Source: Candidatus Dojkabacteria bacterium (lineage in GTDB: Bacteria > Patescibacteriota > Dojkabacteria > J137). From it: 58,889 bases of DNA. Positions 37,566-47,259 of this stretch are shown here, piece after piece; position 1 is the stretch's first letter, and every line of letters begins with the position of its first letter. Location of the stretch: assembly GCA_937944235.1 (NCBI GenBank), contig CALDYZ010000039.1, forward strand, positions 1 through 58,889, given 5' to 3'. The notes beneath the pieces were generated by a model. That model did not search any database, was not told where the DNA came from, and saw nothing but the letters and a program-made list of their open reading frames with translations. The translations under genes and the position numbers were made by a program.

Positions 37566-38640
37566 ATTTATTTTCCGATGATAAATTTAGTAAATATGAA
37601 ATCCCATCTTGGGTAATCATTCTACCTTTAGATGTTTTTAATATGAAACCCAATCTAAGCAAATATGGTTCGAATATACATTCGATATTATTAGCGTCCT
37701 CTCCCACTATAGAAGATAGCGTTTTTAGACCAACTGGATTAGGCATAGATCTATACAAAATTTTCAATATTTCCAAATCCAGACTATCTAGTCCATATTC
37801 ATAAATTTCCAAAAGTTCTAAAACCTTTTTCGTTATATCAATATCGATAGTAAAGTCTTTTATTGTATCTTCTTGCGTTACTTGAGCTATGTAGAAATCT
37901 CTTATAGCTTTCAGCAATCTAATTGCTACTCTAGGAGTCATACGTGAATTTTTTGACAACAAGTACAACGATTCGTCATCTACACTGAATCCCATAATTT
38001 TTGATTTCTGTTTCAAAATTTCAACTAATTCATCTGATGTGTAATAATCAAGCTTCATTATTACAGCAAATCTGTCTCTCAAAGGATTAGACACCTTCGA
38101 CAACATAGTAGTGGCACCTATGAGTGTAAACGGTTCCAAATTCAATTTAATCACTCTAGCCGAAGGACCCTTTCCAACTAAAACGTCAACATAACCATCT
38201 TCCATCGCTGGGTATAAAGTCTCTTCAACAGAAGATTTTAACCTATGTATTTCATCTATAAATAATATGTCATTTCTAGATAAACTCCCTAATACAGAGG
38301 TTAAATCTGTAGGTTTATCTATGTTATTTCCATTCAAATATGTTAAGTTACCTCTACCATATTCATTTGCTATAACAAAAGCAATTGAAGTTTTACCTAA
38401 TCCTGGAGGGCCGTGCAAAAGAATGTGTTCCAAATTTTTATCTCGTTTTTTTGCTGATACAATTATATTATTTAAAATCGTTTTTTCTTTATCTCTACCT
38501 ATAACCTCAGAAAACGATTTAGGTCTCAACGAAACTTCTTCTATAGCATTATCAAAACTCATATCTTTGTCGACAAAATTATCACTCAACAAGATAGAAT
38601 TTCTCTTTAACTTTTGATTTTTCTTTTTACTTATTACCAT
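37552..38640 (-). CDS. ruvB: Holliday junction branch migration helicase RuvB
   Basis: 362 aa. Motifs seen: LRPKSFSEVIGRD, Walker A GPPGLGKTS, Walker B FIDEIHRL and TPRVAIRLL. Confidence 0.95.
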   Translation of the reverse strand: MVISKKKNQKLKRNSILLSDNFVDKDMSFDNAIEEVSLRPKSFSEVIGRDKEKTILNNIIVSAKKRDKNLEHILLHGPPGLGKTSIAFVIANEYGRGNLTYLNGNNIDKPTDLTSVLGSLSRNDILFIDEIHRLKSSVEETLYPAMEDGYVDVLVGKGPSARVIKLNLEPFTLIGATTMLSKVSNPLRDRFAVIMKLDYYTSDELVEILKQKSKIMGFSVDDESLYLLSKNSRMTPRVAIRLLKAIRDFYIAQVTQEDTIKDFTIDIDITKKVLELLEIYEYGLDSLDLEILKILYRSMPNPVGLKTLSSIVGEDANNIECIFEPYLLRLGFILKTSKGRMITQDGISYLLNLSSENKYEKN

Positions 38641-39241
38641 TTATCAATAATTTTAAAGATTTTTTAATTAATACTTGTATATCTTCATTTATGTCCAAAT
38701 TATTTAAACATTTATCTATTAAAACTCTGTCATAACCAAAATTTATTAATATATCTATAAGTTCATTACGTTTATTGATGTGAACAACATCATAATTATT
38801 TTTTTTAAAATTTTCGTTTAAAAACTCATCTACAAATGTTTTGAACTTTGACATATCGGATAATTCAGAAATTATCTTTCTTGCTAATTTATCCCCTAAT
38901 CCCGGTATTTTAAGTGCACTTTGTTTATTGGTTTTAACTGATTCTACTACTCCAATTACTCCCACCCTATGAACTATATTGAAAGCTATTTTCGGTCCTA
39001 TTCCATCAACATCAAGTAATATTTCAAATAATTTTTTGTCTGATAACTCAGTAAAGCCCCATAAAGTTTGTGAATCCTCCCTATATAGCATTACCGTGTG
39101 TATTGCAATTTTTTGTCCAATTTCACATTCTGATACATAAAAAAATTTAACAAAGTACGCTACTCCATTACTCAACATTACGCTTAAACCCATATTGTGA
39201 TAATCTACATAATCTATTATTCCAACAAGCTTGCTAATCAT
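38627..39241 (-). CDS. ruvA: Holliday junction DNA-binding protein RuvA
   Basis: 204 aa. It has an N-terminal OB fold (MISKLVGII...) and HhH motifs (VDGIGPKIAFNI, IPGLGDKLARKII). Confidence 0.9.
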   Translation of the reverse strand: MISKLVGIIDYVDYHNMGLSVMLSNGVAYFVKFFYVSECEIGQKIAIHTVMLYREDSQTLWGFTELSDKKLFEILLDVDGIGPKIAFNIVHRVGVIGVVESVKTNKQSALKIPGLGDKLARKIISELSDMSKFKTFVDEFLNENFKKNNYDVVHINKRNELIDILINFGYDRVLIDKCLNNLDINEDIQVLIKKSLKLLINGNK

Positions 39242-39746
39242 TTAATTTCTTATAAATCGTATTTACATTAATATGACAAAAACAAATAGCTAATGCATCT
39301 GCAACATCATCTGGTCTTGGTACCTCATTTAACTTATATATAGACTGCACGCTCTTCTGCACATATTTTTTTGCAGAACGTCCATATCCAGTTACTGATT
39401 GTTTCACTTGCAACGGTGTATACTCATAGACACAAATATTCCTTACAAAACATGTATGTATTACGACTCCTCTTGCATGTAAGACATCAGTAGCCGTTTT
39501 TATATTCTTAAAGTAAAATAAAGACTCTATTGCAAGTTCATCTGGTTGATATTGGTCGATTATATCACTAATACCTAATGCTATCTCATTTATTCTATAA
39601 TAGATTGATTGATTTAAAGTGGTTTGTATTATCCCATAATCTACTGGTTCATAACTGAGTACACCTTGAAATGTATAACTTACAACAGCCCATCCACAAC
39701 GATCATAACCTATATCTATTCCAATTACCCTTTTATTTAATTTCAT
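39234..39746 (-). CDS. ruvC: Crossover junction endodeoxyribonuclease RuvC
   Basis: The track ORF starts at TTG 39764. ATG 39746 gives MKLNKRVIGIDIGYDRCGWAVV. Also present: ELAIESLFY, and a C-terminal DDVADALAICFCH. Confidence 0.9.
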   Translation of the reverse strand: MKLNKRVIGIDIGYDRCGWAVVSYTFQGVLSYEPVDYGIIQTTLNQSIYYRINEIALGISDIIDQYQPDELAIESLFYFKNIKTATDVLHARGVVIHTCFVRNICVYEYTPLQVKQSVTGYGRSAKKYVQKSVQSIYKLNEVPRPDDVADALAICFCHINVNTIYKKLND

Positions 39747-40971
39747 TTGAACCCAGTATAACAATCAAATCTCCTATAGTATTGACTTTCGGATTCCCAA
39801 TTTTTATATCTAAAGTTTCACCAAAATAGTCTTTAAGCTTTGATATACTGAAACTAAAGCGATCTATACCATCTTGAGTTTTAATATAAAGTGTATTGTT
39901 GTAAATACTTTCATAAGTACCAATTTTTATCACATTAAAACCTAGGTTTCTTAAATAATGAGCATTAGTGCTAGCCAAACCATTAATACTACTACCATTA
40001 TATATTTCTACCATTGCTTGTTCATTGGTCAAACTTTTTGTAAATATCAATTTGTTGAAAAAAACTCTTACTGAATCGTCAGTTTTAATATAAAAACGAT
40101 TCTCCACATGCTCAAAAAGATTCACTGTATCTACAACTTTAGAATTATCTAAAATTTCACTAACTACTTTTGTCCAGGTATACTCATTCATATTTCCAAT
40201 AAATTTATAATTTTTATCAAACTTATCATAAAATAGCAATTTACTTAATTCTCCAAATCGTCCATAAACATTATAGTAAGCATCTAAAATGCCATCTTTT
40301 AAACAATTCAAATCCTTAAAATTATTGCATCTATTTTTATTTATCTCATCTGTACTTAAAAAAACTAATCCATCTATTTGCAGTCCTAAAACATCCGCTA
40401 CACTCATTAAATATTTGTATAATATCGATAAAATATCTACTTTTGCTGAAAATAACCATTGTTGCAGCACAAAGTTTTCCAAACTAGCATTATTACTTTT
40501 ATCTATAATTAAGTTTAAAGGCAAATTTAAAAAATAATTCTGTAAATTACTTTTAATCAGTAATCCTACATTAGTGAACTTATACTCGTCAAAATTTAAT
40601 TTCAAGTCGAAATTATCCTGAATATCTAAAATAACAATTAAAACAACAACGCTATCATTATTTAAATTAAAATCTTTAAAGAGTTTTCCACTCGTGTGAG
40701 TATATCTGTAAAAGTTTATTGTGGGTTCCGAGTTGATAAAGTCTCTAAAAAAGTTAATATATCTAAACAAAATTGTTACTAATATAGATACAAAAATAAT
40801 AATTCCAAATATCTTAACAAAAACCTGTAAGTTTTTATTTTTTGTGAATTTCAATAAATAACAAAGTACGATTTTATCGATAAACTTTAAAAAAAGAGAG
40901 CTAAACCTCAAATTAATAAAAAGTCGTCTTTTTCTCCTACTTTTTACGAAGCTATACTGATTTCTTCTCAT
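39733..40971 (-). CDS. Membrane-anchored protein with a LytR_C-like C-terminal domain (LCP-like, divergent)
   Basis: 412 aa with an N-terminal basic region and one TM segment. The C-terminus VEIYNGSSINGLASTNAHYLRNLGFNVIKIG matches the LytR_C pattern. The LCP catalytic region is not clearly recognisable. Confidence 0.45.
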   Translation of the reverse strand: MRRNQYSFVKSRRKRRLFINLRFSSLFLKFIDKIVLCYLLKFTKNKNLQVFVKIFGIIIFVSILVTILFRYINFFRDFINSEPTINFYRYTHTSGKLFKDFNLNNDSVVVLIVILDIQDNFDLKLNFDEYKFTNVGLLIKSNLQNYFLNLPLNLIIDKSNNASLENFVLQQWLFSAKVDILSILYKYLMSVADVLGLQIDGLVFLSTDEINKNRCNNFKDLNCLKDGILDAYYNVYGRFGELSKLLFYDKFDKNYKFIGNMNEYTWTKVVSEILDNSKVVDTVNLFEHVENRFYIKTDDSVRVFFNKLIFTKSLTNEQAMVEIYNGSSINGLASTNAHYLRNLGFNVIKIGTYESIYNNTLYIKTQDGIDRFSFSISKLKDYFGETLDIKIGNPKVNTIGDLIVILGSNEIK

Positions 40972-41742
40972 TTATTTTACTTGATTTGTGGAAATCATAT
41001 CTACTTCGCATCTCTCAGCATCATCTATGGTATTTGTTTTTTGATTTGTAATAACATTAGTATCTATAGAGTCTGCTCCGCTATCCTGTTTTCTAAAATT
41101 GTCGACGTATGACACCATCTTTTTATAGATTCGAATAAACAAAAAATTTCTAATCTTATCAAGATAAACTAAACAAATTTTTAGTAAATTACTTATATTA
41201 TACAGTTGTTTAGATTTATTAATATTGCCACTTATTAGATTACTCATTTGAGTTTTGTGGGGATTATCTCTATCTTCTGAAACTTTAAACTTCTTGTTAT
41301 CAATATCATTCAAATCAATATTTATTCTTAAATCAGATTTTTCATTATGTTGATCATAATTGCCAATCTCTTTGTCCAATAAATTTTTAGACACACTAAG
41401 ATTGATGCTTATATTTGCATTTCCGTCTTTATCTGTAAAATTTATAATTGGTAGGTTAATGCCTTTTTTACTAATATAATCAATGTTGTCCTGAATAATT
41501 AATAAGTTATCTTCACTTTTTTCTGGTCTTAATATTATATAAAACAACAAACCTGGAATATTAAATGTCAAAACTATAAAAGAAAACAATAACCCCAAAA
41601 AAACCGATTTATATCTACGGTATCCATCTATAAATACCCACACAGCAACCAAAACCCACAGCAAAACTAAATAAAATAATATAAAAGACCCCAACTGAAA
41701 ATTTAGACTAGACTCAATCAAGCCCAAGATGAAATTTTCCAT
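40972..41742 (-). CDS. Membrane protein with a PLD-nuclease N-terminal (PLDc_N) type two-TM domain
   Basis: 256 aa. The N-terminal region LLWVLVAVWVFIDGYRRYKS...GLLFYIILRP resembles PLDc_N. The rest is N/D/K-rich with no recognised motif. Confidence 0.4.
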   Translation of the reverse strand: MENFILGLIESSLNFQLGSFILFYLVLLWVLVAVWVFIDGYRRYKSVFLGLLFSFIVLTFNIPGLLFYIILRPEKSEDNLLIIQDNIDYISKKGINLPIINFTDKDGNANISINLSVSKNLLDKEIGNYDQHNEKSDLRINIDLNDIDNKKFKVSEDRDNPHKTQMSNLISGNINKSKQLYNISNLLKICLVYLDKIRNFLFIRIYKKMVSYVDNFRKQDSGADSIDTNVITNQKTNTIDDAERCEVDMISTNQVK

Positions 41743-41781
41743 TTTGAAACAAAAAATATAAAAAAATTAGTTAGTTAGAAA

Positions 41782-41866
41782 TACCGAAGGAGGGAGTCGA
41801 ACCCTCACTCCCAATAAGGGAACCAGATTTTGAGTCTAGCGTGTATACCAATTTCACCACTTCGGC
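41782..41866 (-). tRNA. tRNA-Leu (CAA), long variable arm
   Basis: The reverse complement is GCCGAAGTGGTGAAATTGGTATACACGCTAGACTCAAAATCTGGTTCCCTTATTGGGAGTGAGGGTTCGACTCCCTCCTTCGGTA. The anticodon loop is CTCAAAA. Confidence 0.92.
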
Positions 41867-41885
41867 CTCCAAAGTTATAATATGA

Positions 41886-43196
41886 TTATATCATATGGTC
41901 ATAAAATTTTTGCTTGGATCCATCAAATTTTAGCTTTACCTTGCCTAACGGACCATTTCGATGTTTCGCTATAAAAACATCAATCAATTGTAATTGATTT
42001 TGTTGTTGTTCTTCTGTATCCCCAGTCGTATCTCTAGCTAAAAATATTACTACATCAGAATCTTGTTCTATAGAGCCCGATTCTCTTAGATCTGATAGCT
42101 GAGGTATTTTCTCTTGTCTATTTTCAACAGACCTATTTAATTGCGATAGAGCAAGTATAGGTATGTTTAGCTCCCTTGCTAAAATCTTTAAAGATCTTGA
42201 TATTTCACCTATTTCAAAAGCTCTGTTTTCAGTTCTACCTGAAGTTTGCATTAGCTGTAAATAATCGACAACTATCAAATCTAAACCTTTTTCTAGCTTT
42301 AATTTTCTTGCTTTAGTTCTCAAAGATTGCAAATTAATTGACGCGCTGTCGTCTACATATATATTAGACCTGGATATTTTGCTCATCCCTTCTGCAAATT
42401 TAAGATAATCAGAATCTGATAACTTTCCCATTCTAATATTCCATAGATTTACGTCAGATTGTTGAGCCAGAATTCTACTTATTACTTGTACAGCAGGCAT
42501 TTCTAATGAAAATATCAATACTGATTTATTAAGATTAACAGCTATAAATCTTGATATGTCAAATGTAAAGGCACTTTTTCCAACTCCAGGTCTAGCAGCT
42601 ACTATTATTAAGTCTGATTTATGTAAACCCCCTAAAATTTTATCCAAAGATTGTAATCCAGTAGATAATCCTCTCAGACCATCTGGATTTTTTGCGTACT
42701 CATCTGCTAATTTTATCTGCATCTCAACTAAATCCTTTGCACTATATAGATTATCAGTATCCGAGACATTTACCACTGTATATAAAGTTTTTTCCAGCTG
42801 TGAAACTATATCACTTAATTGTATTTGTGTATTTTCAAGATCATTGTTAATTTTTATAGCGAATTTCCTAAGAATATTCCTTTTACCGTTATCTGCAAGG
42901 ATATCTATGTAGTATGCTATATTTGTCAGAGAAGGAATAGCATCGATCAGCTCTGTAATGTACTTACTACCCCCTACTTCTTTTAGTTTTCCTAGTTTTT
43001 TAAGCTCTGTAGATAAAACTAGAATATCTATAGTCAAACCCCTTTGATATAAAGAATCTAAAACTTTGTATACTATCTCATGTCTCACATCACTAAAATA
43101 TTCATAACGAATTTGGGAAAATATTTTTTCATGTAAGTCTTCATCTATTAAAATGGCCCCTAACACTGCTCTTTCAGCTTCAAGATAAGTATTCAT
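41886..43196 (-). CDS. dnaB: Replicative DNA helicase DnaB
   Basis: 436 aa. Motifs seen: the N-terminal AERAVLGAIL, Walker A ARPGVGKSAF, SLEM, DYLQLM and SQLNR. Confidence 0.96.
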   Translation of the reverse strand: MNTYLEAERAVLGAILIDEDLHEKIFSQIRYEYFSDVRHEIVYKVLDSLYQRGLTIDILVLSTELKKLGKLKEVGGSKYITELIDAIPSLTNIAYYIDILADNGKRNILRKFAIKINNDLENTQIQLSDIVSQLEKTLYTVVNVSDTDNLYSAKDLVEMQIKLADEYAKNPDGLRGLSTGLQSLDKILGGLHKSDLIIVAARPGVGKSAFTFDISRFIAVNLNKSVLIFSLEMPAVQVISRILAQQSDVNLWNIRMGKLSDSDYLKFAEGMSKISRSNIYVDDSASINLQSLRTKARKLKLEKGLDLIVVDYLQLMQTSGRTENRAFEIGEISRSLKILARELNIPILALSQLNRSVENRQEKIPQLSDLRESGSIEQDSDVVIFLARDTTGDTEEQQQNQLQLIDVFIAKHRNGPLGKVKLKFDGSKQKFYDHMI

Positions 43197-43300
43197 AATT
43201 TTTAATTTTTAAAAAAAATATTCAGCAAATTATAACCTATATTTGACCATTAATTACTAGACATTTAACGTTATTAAAGTTAAAATACTAAACAAAATTT

Positions 43301-43636
43301 ATGTTAAAATTTATGAAAGCTAAAGTAAAGCTAAATTTAGTTAAAGCTATATGTACTTCCTGCAAAACAGAGTACTCTTTCTTAACTTCTGCTGATAAAA
43401 TACACATAGATATTTGTTCTAACTGTCATCCATTTTATACAGGAAAACAAACTCTCGTAGACACAGATAACAGGCTACAAAAGTTTAACGATAAAATGTC
43501 AAAAAACACTAGTATTAGTTCAGTCCGTCTATCCAAAAAAGAAAGGTTAATAGCTCGCAAAAAGGAATTTAGCGATAAAAAGCAAGCTAAAGATGGTAAG
43601 TTGACACTGAAAGATATGCTTGCATCAATAAAGTGA
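43301..43636 (+). CDS. rpmE: 50S ribosomal protein L31 with a C-terminal basic extension
   Basis: 111 aa (the start could instead be ATG 43313). The sequence CTSCKTEYSF...ICSNCHPFYTGKQ is present. About 45 extra residues follow the conserved core. Confidence 0.85.
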   Translation: MLKFMKAKVKLNLVKAICTSCKTEYSFLTSADKIHIDICSNCHPFYTGKQTLVDTDNRLQKFNDKMSKNTSISSVRLSKKERLIARKKEFSDKKQAKDGKLTLKDMLASIK

Positions 43637-44745
43637 TGTATTTTTTTGTGGATTTCGATTTAGAATTTATTAAAAAATTTAGAAGTGATTATGATATAAG
43701 GGAAATCGAAAGCAGAATAAACTCATTATCTGTTAAATTTACAAACCCGAGTTTATTTAATAAAGCTGATGTTGAGGAGTATGATAATCTCACAGTATTA
43801 TTGAATCTTTTAATCTATATAGATGAAACGTTTGCAGACTTTAATGTTTTCAACGACTTAAGGGCTTCCAACTTGTTAACCGAGGATGAGCTAAAGTTTG
43901 AGGAATATGCTCTTTGTAACAGGATCGAATATATAAAACAAAGTATAAAAACCAATTTTTCAAAAAAACTTGAGTTTGATGAACTACAAGCAATACTGGA
44001 AATAAGACCAGGCGTAGGAGGTGAAGAAGCATCCTTGTTTGCTGAAGAAATAGCTAGAGCATACACTATTTATATGACAAGAAAAGGTATGGATTTTATG
44101 ATTTTATCTAAAGATTATTCAGAAAATGGAACTTTGAAAGAATTTATTGTTCATATCACAGAAAAACATGCTTATGGTGAATTACGTTTTGAATCTGGAA
44201 TATTTAGAGTGCAAAGAATCCCTATTACAGAATCTAATGGCAGAATTCATACATCCACAATAATATTTACAGTTTTACCTTTTTTTCAATCTCAAGATGA
44301 TGAAAATGACGTTAAGATAAATCCTGAGGATATAAGAATAGATACTTTTAGATCATCAGGTGCTGGAGGACAATCCGTAAACACAACTGATTCTGCTGTT
44401 CGTATAAAGCACTTACCCAGTGGTATAATCGTAACTTGTCAAAATTGTAAATCACAGCATCAGAACAAAGAATACGCATTAAGAATACTAAAGAGCAAAC
44501 TGTTACAAATGAAAAAAGAAGAAAAATTGATGAAGCAACAATCTATTAAACAACAAATTTCCCATAATGTTGATAGATCTTTTAAAACAAGAACTTTCAA
44601 CTTTCCTCAGTCTAGAATCACAGATCACAGAATAAATAAAAGTTGGTTCAATATTGAGGAATTTATGGAGGGAAACATAGAAGAAGTAATCAGGGATACA
44701 AGAAACATATTAAGAAGTGATTTATCACAAACAGTTAAGGAATAA
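43636..44745 (+). CDS. prfA: Peptide chain release factor 1
   Basis: GTG 43633 and ATG 43636 are both possible starts. Motifs seen: RPGVGGEEASLFA and GGQ (RSSGAGGQSVNTTDSAVRIKHLPSG). The codon-recognition tripeptide is PIT in QRIPITESNGRIHTS, which is RF1-type PxT rather than the RF2-type SPF. Confidence 0.92.
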   Translation: MYFFVDFDLEFIKKFRSDYDIREIESRINSLSVKFTNPSLFNKADVEEYDNLTVLLNLLIYIDETFADFNVFNDLRASNLLTEDELKFEEYALCNRIEYIKQSIKTNFSKKLEFDELQAILEIRPGVGGEEASLFAEEIARAYTIYMTRKGMDFMILSKDYSENGTLKEFIVHITEKHAYGELRFESGIFRVQRIPITESNGRIHTSTIIFTVLPFFQSQDDENDVKINPEDIRIDTFRSSGAGGQSVNTTDSAVRIKHLPSGIIVTCQNCKSQHQNKEYALRILKSKLLQMKKEEKLMKQQSIKQQISHNVDRSFKTRTFNFPQSRITDHRINKSWFNIEEFMEGNIEEVIRDTRNILRSDLSQTVKE

Positions 44746-44757
44746 CGTTACTTTACT

Positions 44758-45990
44758 TCAATTGACGTTCTCGATATAAGTATGTATGCTATTAATACTA
44801 TCAGAATGTACATTGTCAATTTTTATATCTGGCTTTATAGGATTATTTTTGTCTAAGACAAAACCTTTTGGGGACAACCAATTCTGAAAAGTCAAGTTCA
44901 ACAGGCCTCCTGTATCTAAAAAATTTTTGATCATTGTCTGCTCTGACCCTTTTCCGAAAGTACTTTCACCTACAATTATTACATTAGTTAAATTTTCTTT
45001 CAAAGACAAAGTCAAAATCTCCGCAGCTGATGCCGTACCTCTATCCACTAATATATATATTTTTTTATAATCAACAACTTTAGGTAATGTGCTATAGATT
45101 ACATTAGTTATTTGATTTTTAGAGTTTCTTTCTGAAGTTATTACTGAACCTTTATCTAAAAAATAATCTGCTACTACAACTGCACCTTGTACATATCCTC
45201 CTGAATTGCCTCTTAAATCTAGATACAAGCTTTTTGTTCTGGATCTATTATTTTGCTCCAAAAGAACAGAAAACTTATCTCTTATGTTCTTTAAGTAACC
45301 ATCTAAACTAGTGTCCACAAAGTCAGTTATTTTAACATAATCTACTTTATCAAATTTATCTAGCTCAATTATAATCTTAGGGATTGTTATTTTTTCTCTA
45401 ATTAATTTTATTTCGTACTTTTCTTCATTTGAAGATAATAATACAAGTCTGACTTCTGTACCCGCTTCACCTCTTATCAAGGACGATACCTCATATGGAA
45501 GCTTGTTTCTAACATCTATATCATCAACTGCTATAACATAAGTACCAGGAGCAATTTTATCAACACGACTTGCAGCTCCGCCGTCGACTATTGAACTTAT
45601 ATAGGTTTTTGGATACTGAAGCCTATCATTGTTCCAATCCAACACTACTCCGATACCATGATAATCTCCTGATAATGTCTCTAAATATTTCTCCGCATCA
45701 TGACTATCTAAAAAAAAGGAATAAGGATCTCCCAACAAACTTACATATGCGCTAATAAGACTGTTTTCTACCTGCTTTAAAGATTTAAACTCTCCTAAAA
45801 AATTATTACTTAAAAAGTCTTCAGTTTTCACTAACTTATCTAATAATGAGCGGTTGTTAAAAAATTTTATATTCAATTCATTATGTTGACTATGTATTCT
45901 AGATATATAAACACCTAAAAAAAAACCAAACAGTGCAGCAAGGCTAAATAAAAAAATAAACTGACTCCTGCTGATATAGTTATATCGCAT
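44758..45990 (-). CDS. ctpA: S41-family C-terminal processing peptidase
   Basis: 410 aa with an N-terminal TM segment and a PDZ region. Motifs seen: LRGNSGGY and VDRGTASAAEIL. Confidence 0.85.
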   Translation of the reverse strand: MRYNYISRSQFIFLFSLAALFGFFLGVYISRIHSQHNELNIKFFNNRSLLDKLVKTEDFLSNNFLGEFKSLKQVENSLISAYVSLLGDPYSFFLDSHDAEKYLETLSGDYHGIGVVLDWNNDRLQYPKTYISSIVDGGAASRVDKIAPGTYVIAVDDIDVRNKLPYEVSSLIRGEAGTEVRLVLLSSNEEKYEIKLIREKITIPKIIIELDKFDKVDYVKITDFVDTSLDGYLKNIRDKFSVLLEQNNRSRTKSLYLDLRGNSGGYVQGAVVVADYFLDKGSVITSERNSKNQITNVIYSTLPKVVDYKKIYILVDRGTASAAEILTLSLKENLTNVIIVGESTFGKGSEQTMIKNFLDTGGLLNLTFQNWLSPKGFVLDKNNPIKPDIKIDNVHSDSINSIHTYIENVN

Positions 45991-46078
45991 AAAAAAAATC
46001 CTATATAAGCTATTCTATACAAAAAAAATAAAAAAATTTAGTAAATTTAACAAGAGTTTCATCTATTTAATACGTTAT

Positions 46079-46333
46079 TTACACGTATTGAGTAAAAGGC
46101 ATTAAAGCTAAATACCTTGATCTTTTTATTGACAAAGCTAGTTTTCTCTGACATTTAGAGGAAACTCCAGTCCTTGAAGATGGGAAAATCCTTCCCCTGG
46201 TAGATACGTATTTTTTCAGTAAACTAATGTCTTTGTAATCTATTTTACTTGGATCTCCGCCAAAAGGACACGAATCAGGAGGCCTAACAAACAAAATTTT
46301 TCTCTTATTATTTTTATTACTTTTATACTTCAT
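46079..46333 (-). CDS. rpsR: 30S ribosomal protein S18
   Basis: 84 aa (IDYKDISLLKKYVSTRGRIFPSSRTGVSSKCQRKLALSIKRSRYLALMPF). Confidence 0.94.
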   Translation of the reverse strand: MKYKSNKNNKRKILFVRPPDSCPFGGDPSKIDYKDISLLKKYVSTRGRIFPSSRTGVSSKCQRKLALSIKRSRYLALMPFTQYV

Positions 46334-46361
46334 ACACCATCATAAAAACTTTTGTCACCTA

Positions 46362-46847
46362 TCAAAATAGTGCCTTCGAATCAACATCATCAGAATCTCT
46401 GTCAACAACATCATCATAAGTGTCAACAATATCAACATCCCGAGCTTCAGAACTTTTATTAGAGCTTCCAGCCAACTTGGCATTTTCATAACCTACACCC
46501 TTTTTTCCTTTAGCATCTAAAACATACATATCATTTACTTTAATTTCAGTTTTCGTCACTTTATGTCCAGAAGAATCTTCATAAATTCTACTTCTTAGCT
46601 CACCTTCAATATACACCAGCATACCAACATCAAGTACATTAGCACATATCTCTGCTAATTTATTAAAAGCTACCAGATTGTGATACTCCGTTCGCTCTTT
46701 AATTGTTCCATCCTTGTCTTTCCAACTAGTATTTGTAGCCAGTCCCAGAGAGCATACGACAATATTACTTGAAGTCTCTTTAATCACTGGACTTCTTGTT
46801 AAATTACCTATTAACATTACCTTGTTTAAAGATCTTGATTTACTCAT
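46362..46847 (-). CDS. ssb: Single-stranded DNA-binding protein
   Basis: The track ORF starts at TTG 46868. ATG 46847 gives MSKSRSLNKVMLIGNLTRSPV. It has an OB fold and an acidic C-terminal tail (DRDSDDVDSKALF). It sits between rpsF and rpsR. Confidence 0.9.
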   Translation of the reverse strand: MSKSRSLNKVMLIGNLTRSPVIKETSSNIVVCSLGLATNTSWKDKDGTIKERTEYHNLVAFNKLAEICANVLDVGMLVYIEGELRSRIYEDSSGHKVTKTEIKVNDMYVLDAKGKKGVGYENAKLAGSSNKSSEARDVDIVDTYDDVVDRDSDDVDSKALF

Positions 46848-46877
46848 ATGAAATTTAACTAATAACAATTATAATAA

Positions 46878-47204
46878 TTACAAGTTATTTTTTTTAATAA
46901 TAAGATACCTTAAAATATTACTAGATAAATATTTATCGTTTTTTAACATTTTCGTGACTTTTACAATACTACCTTGCTTGGCTGAATTCTGATCAAATTT
47001 AACATTAAAAAAACAATATATACCTTCTGTTTGATTTCTTATTGGATAAGCAAGCTTTCTTCTCCCTTCTAATTCTTCTTTAACAACTAATCTTTCCAGC
47101 GCGAAGCCAAAGTTACCGAAAACTTCACTAATCTTCTGCAACAAGTCACTCCTTGCTTCGTCTGTAGGCTGAACTTTTAACACCAAAGCTAATTCATAAT
47201 CCAT
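46878..47204 (-). CDS. rpsF: 30S ribosomal protein S6
   Basis: 108 aa (MDYELALVLKV...RRKLAYPI...EGIY). It is in the canonical rpsF-ssb-rpsR order. Confidence 0.88.
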   Translation of the reverse strand: MDYELALVLKVQPTDEARSDLLQKISEVFGNFGFALERLVVKEELEGRRKLAYPIRNQTEGIYCFFNVKFDQNSAKQGSIVKVTKMLKNDKYLSSNILRYLIIKKNNL

Positions 47205-47259
47205 ATAAAAAAATAAAAACCCATAAGCTTTCTAATTATATACACATTTCAGATAAAAT

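Noticed and set aside
38267-38617. Long antisense ORFs inside conserved genes: 38267-38617 in ruvB, 42556-42912 in dnaB, 16215-16562 in recG, 50048-50362 in rseP, 6887-7198 in the DUF192 gene, 27721-28020 in pilT, plus the other 60-118-aa track ORFs.
   Set aside because: Each lies fully within, and opposite to, a gene with strong family motifs. Their translations are low-complexity (I/L/F/K/S-rich) with no motifs. In AT-rich DNA, stop-free antisense frames of this size are expected by chance.
41782-41866. A G1-U72 wobble at the top of the tRNA-Leu(CAA) acceptor stem as an anomaly.
   Set aside because: G1-U72 occurs in ordinary bacterial tRNA-Leu isoacceptors, so it is not unusual.
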